Positions 1 to 9,837 are shown, counted from the first letter of the stretch. The stretch is DNA of 31,428 nt from Candidatus Krumholzibacteriia bacterium (GCA_046754105.1 JBHHVD010000033.1:1-31428); one strand, 5' to 3'. Numbers and translations are program-made. The notes: generated from the letters alone by a model not told the origin.

Positions 1-1217
1 CGCGCCGTCCGGCCGGTCCCGCGCCTGCGCATCGTCCTGTGAAACGCGCGATACGCGGAGAAATGGACTACCAGGAAGGAGAGGAATCCGAGGAATCCCA
101 TTCCAACCAGAATTTCCAGGTACATGTTGTGCGCGCCGATCTTGACGAACAGATCGCTGCCCGCGCGGACCACGAAGTTGTTCATTCCGACACCGGTGAT
201 CGGGTTCTCCACAAACAGGCCCCAGCCTTTCTTCAGCGCCATTATCCTCAGCATGAACGACCAGTCGGCGCTTCGGCCGGCAAAAACCTCGCCGATCGAC
301 AGGATGCGCCACCAGTAGAGCGGAGGCGTCAGCAGGACCGCGATAAAAGCGGTAACGAAGGTCGCCAGGTAGATCTTGCGGCTTCTCACTTCTCGAACGA
401 GGATCGCGATCAGGATAAAGGCCAGCGAGAATATCCCCTGGCGGGAAAACGTGAATACCGCGCCGACGAACAGGGTCAGCACGCCGAGTCCGAGCGCAAG
501 GCGGTACCAGAGCCGGCGCTCGCGTATCATGAGGTAGGCGCCGACGGGCAGCGATGAGATCATGAACGTCGCCGCGCTGTTCGGTCCCGCGTGCGTGCCG
601 GCGAAACGGATGATACCGCTGTACTGCCCGATCACGGACGTGTCGCCCACGCCTACGATGGCGATCATCGCAGCGCCGAGGATGACCGAGGCGACCGACC
701 CCAGGAACAGCGCCAACGCAAAGAGGTCCAGGTCGGCCGGCGTCCGCAGCAGGTGCACGACCAGGTACACCATGACCACAACCCGGACGAATTGCGAGAA
801 ACCGACCATGGATTGCCCCACGTCGTGAGAGAATACCATCGAACCCAACGCCAGGAGGGCAAAAACCGCCAGCGAACCGCTGAAGGAGCGGCTGCAACCC
901 CGTAGCGCGTCACCGCGCAACAGTCCGTAGAGCACCGCCGCGGCGATCACAGCGATCATCGGGTACGACAGGTGCATTCTGAAGACGTAGGTCAAATCCG
1001 CGTAGATGTAGAAGACCGCAGCCAGCAGGCCGTACTTCGGGTACGCGAATATGAGCAATCCAACGACTGCTGCGCCCAGGCCCGCGGCCGCGAGGGCGAC
1101 CATGCTCGTGGGAACGAGGAATTGATACGTCAAAGAAATCACACCGAGCAGAACGCTCAGTGCGAAGAGAAACGTCAGGAGCTTCTTAGACGGACCGGCG
1201 TCCCTGGCGATCTGCAT
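1..1217 (-). CDS. O-antigen ligase / Wzy-like polymerase family membrane protein (3' end runs off the window; absent from the ORF track)
   Basis: Hand translation from ATG at 1217 (MQIARDAGPSKKLLTFLFALSVLL...): many TM segments, RFAGTHAGPN, TFSRQG, NPITGVGMNNF, and AHNMYLEIL in frame at ~125. Starts 3 nt after the Wzz-like stop. Confidence 0.85.
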   Translation of the reverse strand, partial: MQIARDAGPSKKLLTFLFALSVLLGVISLTYQFLVPTSMVALAAAGLGAAVVGLLIFAYPKYGLLAAVFYIYADLTYVFRMHLSYPMIAVIAAAVLYGLLRGDALRGCSRSFSGSLAVFALLALGSMVFSHDVGQSMVGFSQFVRVVVMVYLVVHLLRTPADLDLFALALFLGSVASVILGAAMIAIVGVGDTSVIGQYSGIIRFAGTHAGPNSAATFMISSLPVGAYLMIRERRLWYRLALGLGVLTLFVGAVFTFSRQGIFSLAFILIAILVREVRSRKIYLATFVTAFIAVLLTPPLYWWRILSIGEVFAGRSADWSFMLRIMALKKGWGLFVENPITGVGMNNFVVRAGSDLFVKIGAHNMYLEILVGMGFLGFLSFLVVHFSAYRAFHRTMRRRGTGRTA

Positions 1218-1220
1218 GGG

Positions 1221-2450
1221 TCAGCCGTTCTTGCGGAATGGTCGTCTGAAATCGGACAGCAGGGGCGCGAGCACCTCGCGTGCCGCACCGCCGTCCCCTT
1301 TGCCCTCACGCCAGGCGGTCACAAACACCGCCAGAAGAGCGCTCCATCCAAGTCCGAGGATCCCGCCGAGCACTACCAGCACCTTGCGCTTGGGACGGCT
1401 GCGGAGTTCGGGCACCGAGGCCGCGTCGAGAACCTGAACGGTGGGTGTGTCGCGGGCCTCCTCGATGCGGGCCCTCTCGTACTCGGTGATGAGCAGCTCG
1501 TAGACTTTCTCCTCTATCTTGACCCTTCGTGTCAGCCGCGCCAGGTCCAGGGCCATTTCCGGAACGTCCTCGAAAGTCGGAAAGAACGACCGCACGACGT
1601 CGTCCTCACTCTTCTCGTCGCCGACCTTGAACTTTTTCAATTGCTGGACCAGTCCGTCGTACCGCTTTTTTGTTCGCGTGAACTCTTCCGAGCTGCCGGA
1701 GGTGTACTGTCCCAGAATCTGCAACTCGACTTCGAGCTTGACCGCCTCCGCCGTCATCCCCGACACCACCTCGATCGCCGATCGAATCTGCTCGTCGAGT
1801 TCCAGGGTCTGGTGCTGTTCTTGAAAGGATCGCAACAACTCTTCCGCTTCTCGCAGGACCTTCGCATGGATGTCTATCTGCTCGGAGACGAACTCCTTGG
1901 TCTTGGAGGCCCGCGTGACGTTGATATGCCGGTTAAACTGGTCGAGTAACTCGACGTACCGGTTTGTGACGTCGGCGGCGCGCTGCGGATCACGATCCTC
2001 GAAGCTGATCATGAGGAGCCCGTTCTCCAGCAGCGAGTACGAGGTGTGCGCGTGCAGCTGCGCGATCGCCTCGGACAACGGCCCGGTGCCGTATACCCGT
2101 TTGAATTCGAATTCGTCGATAATCTGCCGGCCGACGGTGCGGCTTTGAAGGATGTCGATGTAGACCGTGTTCGGGCGGGCGCCGATCGCATTCGGGCCGA
2201 AGATCGGCAGCTGCAGGCTCTGGACCACATCGACGTAAAACGGCAGCGCCGACTTGGTTTCCGGGGGAAACACCGACGTGGTGGCCTTGTACCATTTGGG
2301 AAGGAGAAAGCTCACCCCGGCCATCACCGCAGCGGTGCCGAGACCGGCCAAAATGATGAGCCCGCGCCACCGGACCAACGCTCTAACGATAAACAACATT
2401 TCCTGTCTAGGTCTTTGCCACTCGTTTGGGTGATGAAACGGCTTCCACAC
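1221..2450 (-). CDS. Polysaccharide chain-length determinant, Wzz/GumC family (no kinase domain)
   Basis: N-terminal TM followed by LLPKWYKATT, coiled-coil periplasmic region, C-terminal VQVLDAASVPELRSRPKR plus Gly-rich TM. Start uncertain (GTG 2450 or ATG 2399). Confidence 0.85.
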   Translation of the reverse strand: MWKPFHHPNEWQRPRQEMLFIVRALVRWRGLIILAGLGTAAVMAGVSFLLPKWYKATTSVFPPETKSALPFYVDVVQSLQLPIFGPNAIGARPNTVYIDILQSRTVGRQIIDEFEFKRVYGTGPLSEAIAQLHAHTSYSLLENGLLMISFEDRDPQRAADVTNRYVELLDQFNRHINVTRASKTKEFVSEQIDIHAKVLREAEELLRSFQEQHQTLELDEQIRSAIEVVSGMTAEAVKLEVELQILGQYTSGSSEEFTRTKKRYDGLVQQLKKFKVGDEKSEDDVVRSFFPTFEDVPEMALDLARLTRRVKIEEKVYELLITEYERARIEEARDTPTVQVLDAASVPELRSRPKRKVLVVLGGILGLGWSALLAVFVTAWREGKGDGGAAREVLAPLLSDFRRPFRKNG

Positions 2451-3672
2451 GCTCCCTGGCGGGTGCCGCGGCCACAGGCTCCCGCTCGAACCGCTTTATT
2501 GCGCTCGAACCGATCACGGCGGCCGGGGCAAACCGGGCGCTCTCCGCCTTCTCCCACACCCGCGTTCTCTCACCTGAGATGAACTTCGCAATCGCCATCA
2601 CGGCGGCGAGGTTCACCATGGTGAAATAGAACGGCAGGTAGAAACCCGGGTGCGGTTTTCTCGCCTTCCGCATCCGCCAGCCGTTGAGCGCGGCGAGGTA
2701 GAAGACGACTTGAAGCCCCAACAGCCACATGAACAGGGACGATCCATTGGCCAGCATGGTGTTGGCGAACAAATTGACGAAGAGCAGCGGCCCGATGAAC
2801 CAGCGCAGCAGCTTATGGGAGAAGAACTGCCAGCGCCTGAATCCGGCGAACTTCGCGCGAAGCCTGACGAAGCCGGTAAGTCCGCGGAGAATGATCCTGG
2901 CCTTGCGCTGGAACTCCTCCTGCCAGAAGATCGTCGAGCGCTCGAAGGCGACGGCCTCCGGCTCGTAGATGACCCCGTATCCCCGGCTCGCCACGTCCAC
3001 CGGGATCTGGAAATCGTTTGCGACTTCCGGATAGAGTTCCGGAAACAGCTCGCGCCGGATACCGAATATCGAACCATTCGCAACCAACACACTCTGCAGA
3101 TCGCTCTCCAGACCGCTCAACTTCGCCTCGTATTTCCAGTACAATCCCTCGCCCTTGCCCACCGACGACGTGTGCCGGTCCACGTAGCACAGCTTCCCGA
3201 CCACGCATCCGATACGGGGATCGTGAAAGTGGCGCACGATCTTGCCGAGCGCGCTCTCTTCGAACAGCGCATTGGCATCCGTAAAGACGATGACATCGTC
3301 GCTCAGGCGCTTGACGACGTCGTTGAGAACCGCGCTCTTACCCGCCCGCGTCGGCCGGTGGTAGAGCCGGACACCGTGATCTTCGTACTCCCGGGCGATC
3401 GACACGGTCTTGTCGTTGGAACCGTCGGAGGCAACCAGGATCGAGAGCAGATGCGTGGGATAATCGAGACCGAGACTGTTCTCGATCTTCTTGCGGATGA
3501 CCTTTTCCTCATTGAACGCGGAAATGACGAGGCACACGCGCGGCGTCGCGGATTCGTCAAAGTGATGCCGCGTACGAATCTTCAGCTTGTGGATAATGTA
3601 GAGGATGAGAGGATAACCGAGGTACGAGTATACGACGGCCCCCAGGGACACCCAAAACACGATCTGCCACAT
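2407..3672 (-). CDS. Glycosyltransferase family 2 (CESA-like) with N- and C-terminal TM helices
   Basis: SAFNEE, SDGSND, FTDAN (DxD-like), YWKYE, NGSIFGIR, EEFQRKARI, SHKLLRW. Confidence 0.93.
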   Translation of the reverse strand: MWQIVFWVSLGAVVYSYLGYPLILYIIHKLKIRTRHHFDESATPRVCLVISAFNEEKVIRKKIENSLGLDYPTHLLSILVASDGSNDKTVSIAREYEDHGVRLYHRPTRAGKSAVLNDVVKRLSDDVIVFTDANALFEESALGKIVRHFHDPRIGCVVGKLCYVDRHTSSVGKGEGLYWKYEAKLSGLESDLQSVLVANGSIFGIRRELFPELYPEVANDFQIPVDVASRGYGVIYEPEAVAFERSTIFWQEEFQRKARIILRGLTGFVRLRAKFAGFRRWQFFSHKLLRWFIGPLLFVNLFANTMLANGSSLFMWLLGLQVVFYLAALNGWRMRKARKPHPGFYLPFYFTMVNLAAVMAIAKFISGERTRVWEKAESARFAPAAVIGSSAIKRFEREPVAAAPARERVEAVSSPKRVAKT

Positions 3673-3732
3673 GAACTATCTCCCCGCGAAGAACGGTTGA
3701 AGCCAAGTGAAGCTAGCACGCGCATTCTTGCC

Positions 3733-3798
3733 CTACAACACAAAACACTTTGTAGCAGTTCGTTTTCAGGTTTAATGAACTGGAACCGGCGTTCCAGT
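3733..3798. promoter_or_regulatory. Two inverted repeats in the AT-rich region upstream of the GT2-Wzz-ligase unit
   Basis: CTACAA-N11-TTGTAG (3733-3755) and ACTGGAAC-CGGC-GTTCCAGT (3779-3798). Confidence 0.4.
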
Positions 3799-3914
3799 CC
3801 GGTTAAACGCAACCTCCTTGGCTCGGTGTGTCCCGGCCGTCGCAGCCGGCCGCCTGTCGAGTTCGGGTCTCGCCACCTCGGGCAGCGCTCTGCCTCGTGT
3901 AATCATAGACGCAT

Positions 3915-5705
3915 CTACCACAGGTTTTCCAGCGAAATCCGGGATATCCCGTCCCGGAGGAATCCCACCCATAGCGCCCCTTCCCGGTCCACGAGCAGGC
4001 TGGTGACGTCGCGTCCCCCCAGGCCGTCCCGCGACCCGTACCATCGGGTGCCTTCCCCGGACACGACCGCCAGGCCCCGATCGGTCCCGAGGTACAACCG
4101 GCCCGCCTCGTCGAAGTATAGCGCACGGTAGTCTCCGACACTCTCCACGCCGGGGATGCGGACGGTGCTCCATTCACTATTCGTGTATCTCCATATTGCA
4201 TTACTGGTTACGAGCATCAACTCGCCGATCGGGTTGAGTACCGCGTCGGAGACGCCCATCGAGTCGAAAAGCGCCGGGTCGAACCGCTCCCACTCGCGGC
4301 CGTCGAAGCGGAATACCCCTTCGGTACGGGTCACCGCCCACACGTTGCGGGCGGCGTCGACGGCGACGCGCTGGATCGGTCCCGCCGACAGACCGGAGGC
4401 GTACCGCACCCAGATACGGCCGTCGTAGCGATACACCTCGCCGTGATGCCCGCCCAACCAGGCCATCCCCGCTGGATCGAATGTAAGTGACACGAAGATA
4501 GGTGGTTGTGGTTCTATCTCCGGGTGAATCTCGGCCCAGCGGCCCCCGTCGTTGCGCAGGAGGCCCCACGGCGTGCAGGCCCAAACGAGACCGGCCGGCG
4601 AGACCGCCATCGCAAATATCGAACCAACCTCGGTATCCACGGTGAAACCGGGGGAATCCCCTTGCGATGTGAGGACGTAGGAACCGTTTACGACGTAACG
4701 GCGGCCATCACCGCCCTGGGCGATGGGGCCCGCGTAGCCCGACGCCAGTATCGATGGAATGGCCAGTTTCCGGACGGCGCCCTCCTTGACGATGACGACG
4801 AGCCCGTCCGCCGAACCAAAATAGACCACCCCACCAGGCGCCGCGTAGGCGCTCCGCCACCGGCCCCGCGCCACCTCTTCGTCGTCCGCCCCGTACTGGG
4901 TCCAGGTCCCGTTGCGGTAGCGCGCGATTCCTCCGTAGCGGCCCGCCGCCCACAGACCGTCCGGCGCCACCGTGATCGCCGCCACCTCGTTGTCCCGGAA
5001 AGCGTCCCGGAGACGGATCCGCACCGACCGCCCGTCTTTGAAACGGTAGATCCCACGGCCCGCGATCAAGGTATAGAAGCGCTGGTCTCCGATGTGGATC
5101 AGCGTCTTCACCTCGCCCCGCGGCAAGCCGGCCCCCGCCTGAAAACCCACCCACAAGCTGTCTCGGTACGCGCACAGACCGAGCGAGGTCGCGTAGAAGA
5201 CGTCGCCGGAATCGAGCGGCGCGACCGCGTAGACCTTGTCGTCGAGGAGTGAGTCGACCTTTGTCAGCCGTCGCAGGGTGTCCCCGTGCAGGATGCCCAC
5301 GCCGAGGCCGAAGGTACCGAGATACACCTTGCCCTGGGGACCGAAGCTGATACTCCGTATCTGGTCGAAAACGGCCGCGTCGCGGGGCGTTCGAACGAAC
5401 GGCCGCCCGATCCCGAAGATGGAAAGACCCTGGTCGGTGCCGACGAAAACGGAGTCGGCACGGCCCTCTATCGCGCGGACGGAATTGCCCGGCAGCAGCG
5501 GGCCCGCCGTAATCTTGCGTGCAATGGTTTCCGTCAAGAGATCGACCAGCACCACGCCGCCGTTGGTGCCGATCCACAACGTGTCCCCGTTTTGAAAGAA
5601 CGCCCGGATATCGGCGTTGTTGTCGTATCTCACCCACTCGCATCGCCCGGGCGGCGGCAGCATGAACTGGCCGACGAGAAAACACATCACCAACAGACGT
5701 TTCAT
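3915..5705 (-). CDS. Secreted standalone beta-propeller protein (two-component-regulator-propeller-type repeats, 14 blades)
   Basis: Signal-peptide-like MKRLLVMCFLVGQF at ATG 5705; 14 LW/YxGTxxGL-type repeats; no TM, Y_Y_Y or kinase domain. Confidence 0.8.
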   Translation of the reverse strand: MKRLLVMCFLVGQFMLPPPGRCEWVRYDNNADIRAFFQNGDTLWIGTNGGVVLVDLLTETIARKITAGPLLPGNSVRAIEGRADSVFVGTDQGLSIFGIGRPFVRTPRDAAVFDQIRSISFGPQGKVYLGTFGLGVGILHGDTLRRLTKVDSLLDDKVYAVAPLDSGDVFYATSLGLCAYRDSLWVGFQAGAGLPRGEVKTLIHIGDQRFYTLIAGRGIYRFKDGRSVRIRLRDAFRDNEVAAITVAPDGLWAAGRYGGIARYRNGTWTQYGADDEEVARGRWRSAYAAPGGVVYFGSADGLVVIVKEGAVRKLAIPSILASGYAGPIAQGGDGRRYVVNGSYVLTSQGDSPGFTVDTEVGSIFAMAVSPAGLVWACTPWGLLRNDGGRWAEIHPEIEPQPPIFVSLTFDPAGMAWLGGHHGEVYRYDGRIWVRYASGLSAGPIQRVAVDAARNVWAVTRTEGVFRFDGREWERFDPALFDSMGVSDAVLNPIGELMLVTSNAIWRYTNSEWSTVRIPGVESVGDYRALYFDEAGRLYLGTDRGLAVVSGEGTRWYGSRDGLGGRDVTSLLVDREGALWVGFLRDGISRISLENLW

Positions 5706-5727
5706 GATCAACCGCCCGACGCACCCG

Positions 5728-6948
5728 TCACGCGGGGCGCAATGAATGATTGTTGATTTCATCCAGCAGCATCGACACGTTCCTGCTCGGCGAAAACAGT
5801 TCGCCGGCCACCCGGTGGCCCTGCCCGGCGAGAGCGCTCCCCAACTCCGGTGCGCTCAAAAGCCGCATCAGCGTTTCCGCCAGGGCCTCCGGGTCGCCGG
5901 CCGGAAAGACGAGACCCGTCTCGTCACGCTTGATGACCTCGGCCATGCCACCCACCAGCGAGGCGACCACCGGCGTGCGCGAGAGCCAGGCCTCTACGAC
6001 AACCGTGGGGATTCCATCCCGCTGCCCCGCGCTCGTGACCAGTGAGGGTACGACAAAGGCCGCCGCCGGCGCCAGATGTTCCGCCAAATCCTGGTGCTGG
6101 AAATACCCCCGGAGCTCCACCCGGTCGCGCAGCCCCTGCTCCCGGATCAGGGCCTCGAGATACGGCCGCTGCTCGCCCTCGCCGAGAATCCGCAGCCGCA
6201 CCTGCACGCCGCGTCTTTTCAACATGCCCACCGCTCGCACCAGGACGTCGAATCCCTTCTTCGGTACGAGGTTGCCTGCCGCCACGAGGAGCGGCGGTTC
6301 CGGGAGCGGTTCCACCTTGGCCGCCGGTTCGAACGCCACGCACACGCGGATGACGCGAAACTTGTCGTCGCCGACGTCTGGCACCAGCCGCTGCAGGTGG
6401 CGGCGGCCGTCGTCGTGTACCGCTACCACGAGGTCGGCATCGCGAAGCTTTCGCGCTTTGAGCGGATCGCGCGAGGTGAAGGCGTTCGAGTAGATATCGA
6501 ACGCGTGGTAGGTGACCGACATCCCCATTCCCAGCGCTTTTCTTCCCAGCCAGGCGATCGTCGCCGGTGAGGAACCGAAATTGGCGTGCAGGTGGGTCAC
6601 CCCCTGTCTCTCGGCGTCGTGCAGGATGGGGAGTGCGACGAAAAAAGTCAGAAGGTTCTTTATCCAGTACACCGGGTTGGCGATCGAGTAGAGGGAGAGC
6701 GCGGCCGCTCCCTTGAGGAATCCGAGCGGGTGGCGGCCGATTACGCGCAGGCCTTTCAATACGGACGCGTACGTCCAGCTGACGACGTCCTCGCCAACCT
6801 CCGAGATGCGCCGGCTCTGCAGCCGCGAACCACGCGGGCGATAGAACGAGTAGATGCGTGCCCCCGGGTGCTGGCGCAGCAGCTCGGCGACTTCGTTGAT
6901 CTCGAACGTATGGAGGTAGATATGTGAAGCGATGTAGCCGATTTTCAT
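5728..6948 (-). CDS. Glycosyltransferase family 4 (WcaL-like)
   Basis: MKIGYIAS...HTFEINEV, HLHANFG, YHAFDIY, GNLVPKKG, RDGIPTVVVEA. The start at 6948 is supported by an adjacent promoter; the upstream part of the 748-aa track ORF is an antisense shadow of the kinase. Confidence 0.92.
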   Translation of the reverse strand: MKIGYIASHIYLHTFEINEVAELLRQHPGARIYSFYRPRGSRLQSRRISEVGEDVVSWTYASVLKGLRVIGRHPLGFLKGAAALSLYSIANPVYWIKNLLTFFVALPILHDAERQGVTHLHANFGSSPATIAWLGRKALGMGMSVTYHAFDIYSNAFTSRDPLKARKLRDADLVVAVHDDGRRHLQRLVPDVGDDKFRVIRVCVAFEPAAKVEPLPEPPLLVAAGNLVPKKGFDVLVRAVGMLKRRGVQVRLRILGEGEQRPYLEALIREQGLRDRVELRGYFQHQDLAEHLAPAAAFVVPSLVTSAGQRDGIPTVVVEAWLSRTPVVASLVGGMAEVIKRDETGLVFPAGDPEALAETLMRLLSAPELGSALAGQGHRVAGELFSPSRNVSMLLDEINNHSLRPA

Positions 6949-6957
6949 GGTGGGGGC

Positions 6958-6986
6958 ATTATAGAAAGGTGCCCCCGCCCCGTCAA
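6958..6986 (-). promoter_or_regulatory. Sigma70-type promoter for GT4 and the propeller gene
   Basis: TTGACG (6986-6981), 17 nt spacer, TATAAT (6963-6958). Confidence 0.8.
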
Positions 6987-7092
6987 GAAAGCGCACGTCA
7001 ATTTGCCCTGTACCGTACCGAAGCCCGTCACCTATGCTGACGCTCATGCGAACCCCAGCGATTCTCCCCGTTTCGGCCCGGGAAGGCACGAC

Positions 7093-7995
7093 ATGCGGCT
7101 GAGCGTGATCGGCAATCGCCATTCCGGCCGTGGCCGCGGGGCAAAGCTCATCGACGCCTTTCGCGCGCGGGCGGCGGCCGCGGATATCGAAATCGTGGTG
7201 GCGGAGACTGCAGGCCCGGGCGACGGCGCACGCCTGGCCCGCGAGGCAGCGGGCAGTGCCGACGCGGTCGGCATCATCGGCGGCGACGGAACGGTTCACG
7301 AAGTGGTCAACGGCTTGATGCCCTCGCCGGTGCCGATCGCGATCCTGCCGGCCGGCACGGGCAACGATTTCGCGAGCCTGTTCGGCTGCGCGGGGACACC
7401 CGGCGCGCTGATAGAGACCGTGACGAAGGGCCGTGGTGTCCGGGTCGACGTACTCGACCTCGGCGACCGGTACTGTGTCAACAGCGCGGGGCTCGGCTTC
7501 GAGGGGCAGGTAAACCGGTTGAGCCACGGCATCCGCCGTATCCACGGTCCCCCGCTCTACCTTCTCGCCGTCTTCAAGGCGCTCTCCTCGCTCGCCTGTC
7601 CCCGCTTCAAGCTGACTCTGGCGGATGGATCCGAGATCGGCGGCCGCCGCCTCATGGTGAGCATCGGGAACGGCAACCGCACCGGGGGCGCGTTCCACCT
7701 GACGCCGGACGCCCGTCCCGACGACGGGCTCGTCGACGTCTGCGTGGTGGATGCCATGGGGTGGCCGCGGGTCCTCGGCCTGCTGCCCGGCACGTTGCGC
7801 GGCCGCCACGTGCGGCGACCCGAAGTGCGGATGTTGCGGACGAGCGGCCTGACCGTCGAAACGGAGGGCCGGCACCCCATGCACGTAGATGGCGAGCTGG
7901 TGGAGGTGACGCCGCCGGTGTTGGACGTGAGCGTGCTCGGACGGGTGCTGCCCGTGTTGTGCAGCGAGGGCCACCAGCTGGAACGAATCTTGTAG
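7093..7995 (+). CDS. Diacylglycerol/lipid kinase family protein (YegS/BmrU/DgkB-like)
   Basis: NRHSG, GGDGTVHEVVNG, PAGTGNDFA, GNGNRTGG, PDDGLVD, HVDGE; GGAAGG upstream of ATG 7093. Confidence 0.92.
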   Translation: MRLSVIGNRHSGRGRGAKLIDAFRARAAAADIEIVVAETAGPGDGARLAREAAGSADAVGIIGGDGTVHEVVNGLMPSPVPIAILPAGTGNDFASLFGCAGTPGALIETVTKGRGVRVDVLDLGDRYCVNSAGLGFEGQVNRLSHGIRRIHGPPLYLLAVFKALSSLACPRFKLTLADGSEIGGRRLMVSIGNGNRTGGAFHLTPDARPDDGLVDVCVVDAMGWPRVLGLLPGTLRGRHVRRPEVRMLRTSGLTVETEGRHPMHVDGELVEVTPPVLDVSVLGRVLPVLCSEGHQLERIL

Positions 7996-8054
7996 ACGGT
8001 CGCCACTCTCTCCGGCGGGCGGGCGTCACCCCGCAAACGAACGCGAGGCGGCGA

Positions 8055-9770
8055 TCAGTTGGAGGGTGAGGAATGGGGAGCGCCCGGCACGCCGCCGACT
8101 CCCTCGACCTCCCAGCCGTGAAAGCGGTACGCCACCCAGCCGGCGAAACCTTCGCGGGACCCGTTCATTATCTTCTCGAGCGCGACGTACCTTCGGAGGC
8201 CGCCCTTTTCGTTCTCGAACAGGAACAGATTCAGGACGTTGGAGCTGTCGAGGATCACGTCGATGCCTTCCTGTTCCAGGTACGCGGGCAGGCGGTGGCC
8301 CTTGAGGGCGTCGAGCGCCCCGCGGTTGACTTTGCCGTCGAGGTTCACCACGGTACGGTGGGAGAAATAACCGATCGCCCCGCCCTGGAATACGCCGATC
8401 TTCTCGTCTGGATCCGTGTGCTCTCTCACCCATCGCGCGACGTCGTAGAAGAAATAAACCGGCGTGGTGCGAAACGCGCTCGTGAACGACATGTAGGCGA
8501 AGCCGGCGGCGTAGAGAACGAGTCCCGCGGCGACTATCGCGCGGGCAGGCCTGCCGAGGCGGACCGGGCGGGTGACGAGCATTTCAAGCAAGAACGCGGC
8601 GTACACGCAGGCGATGAAATAAACCGGGTAGAGATAACGCGTAAAGAAGAAAACGCCGAAGACGTAAAAGGAATATGCGGAAATGAGCACGACTGCCACG
8701 ATCAACAGGAACCGCAACTCGCCGATCGACGGCGAGGTCCGCCCCTTCCCGCGGCGCATTGCCGGGTAGACGAACAGCACGATGAAGAGAATACCGAGGG
8801 CGTCCGCGACGATCTTGAGGATCGCTCCGGCGCCGAGCGTTACGCCGATTTTTTCCAGCGCGCGGAACACCAGGTGTACCGGCGGGGAGATTTTCAAGAC
8901 CGCCAACGCGTGCAGGACGTGGCCCCAAATGAAACTCGCGCTGGGGCCGTCGGCCATCGTTTCCGTGGAACCGAGGTTGAACAACGGCGCGTACGCTATG
9001 GAGAGAAACCGCGTCGCCGCCCCGCTGTCCTGCCAGAACGCCCCGGCGCCGATCGCGCTCACCACGAGCCACGGGCTGTAGACGACGATGCCGGCCACCA
9101 CCGCCGCCGCGACGCCGGGCAGCGTCCTCGCTCCCGTTCCCCGTTTTCTCAGCACGAGCAGATAGTCCAACAACATGGCCAGGGCGACGAACACCTGGTC
9201 GACCCTCGCCAGCGCGGCCAGCCCCAACAGTAGCCCCATCACCAGGAAGTCCTGGCGCCGCGGCCTATCGGCGGACCGGATACGGCTAACGTAGAAGTAC
9301 ACGCAGGCGGCAAAGAGAAACAGTGCCAGCGACGTCTCGAGACCGTTGGCGCTCTGCCGTGTCACGATCGGGGAGAAGGCCCACACGATCGAGGTCACGG
9401 CCGCCACCCCGTCGCGTACGTAGCGGCGCAGCAAGCGGTAGAGGAGCACGGCGCTCAGTGCGGTCAGCAGGGCGGACAGGGACAGGGCCCCGTAAATGGG
9501 AGCGGTCAGGCTGGATCCCGCGGCGGCGAAGAACGGCACCAGCAACAGGACGTACAACGGCTGAAAACCGTTGGTCGGTGTCGCGCCGTCGAACGTCATT
9601 CCCCGCCCGTGGGCGATATTCTCGGCGATCTTGAAGGCGTAGAAGCTATCGTCGTAAAGGAAGCCGTTCTTGGCGAGAACGCCGATATCCTGCCACGCGA
9701 CCGCGAGATGGAACACGAGCGCGGCCAGCAATAGACCGAGGATGACACCCCGGTTGGATGGGACATTCAT
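8055..9770 (-). CDS. GT-C fold (GT39/ArnT/PMT-like) polytopic membrane glycosyltransferase
   Basis: DDSFY after TM1, GRGMTFDG...TNGFQPLY, NGLET, LARVD, RYLYP, GAIGYFS...NLDGKVN. Confidence 0.75.
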   Translation of the reverse strand: MNVPSNRGVILGLLLAALVFHLAVAWQDIGVLAKNGFLYDDSFYAFKIAENIAHGRGMTFDGATPTNGFQPLYVLLLVPFFAAAGSSLTAPIYGALSLSALLTALSAVLLYRLLRRYVRDGVAAVTSIVWAFSPIVTRQSANGLETSLALFLFAACVYFYVSRIRSADRPRRQDFLVMGLLLGLAALARVDQVFVALAMLLDYLLVLRKRGTGARTLPGVAAAVVAGIVVYSPWLVVSAIGAGAFWQDSGAATRFLSIAYAPLFNLGSTETMADGPSASFIWGHVLHALAVLKISPPVHLVFRALEKIGVTLGAGAILKIVADALGILFIVLFVYPAMRRGKGRTSPSIGELRFLLIVAVVLISAYSFYVFGVFFFTRYLYPVYFIACVYAAFLLEMLVTRPVRLGRPARAIVAAGLVLYAAGFAYMSFTSAFRTTPVYFFYDVARWVREHTDPDEKIGVFQGGAIGYFSHRTVVNLDGKVNRGALDALKGHRLPAYLEQEGIDVILDSSNVLNLFLFENEKGGLRRYVALEKIMNGSREGFAGWVAYRFHGWEVEGVGGVPGAPHSSPSN

Positions 9771-9837
9771 GGGGAGGCTCGCTCGTTCGCAGTGTTCTCT
9801 CGTCTGTTCCCAACGTAGAAGGATCGATGACGGGCCC

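Noticed and set aside
6949..7974. 342-aa N-terminal extension making a 748-aa GT4 fusion
   Set aside because: It is antisense to the lipid kinase, and a consensus promoter sits directly before ATG 6948.
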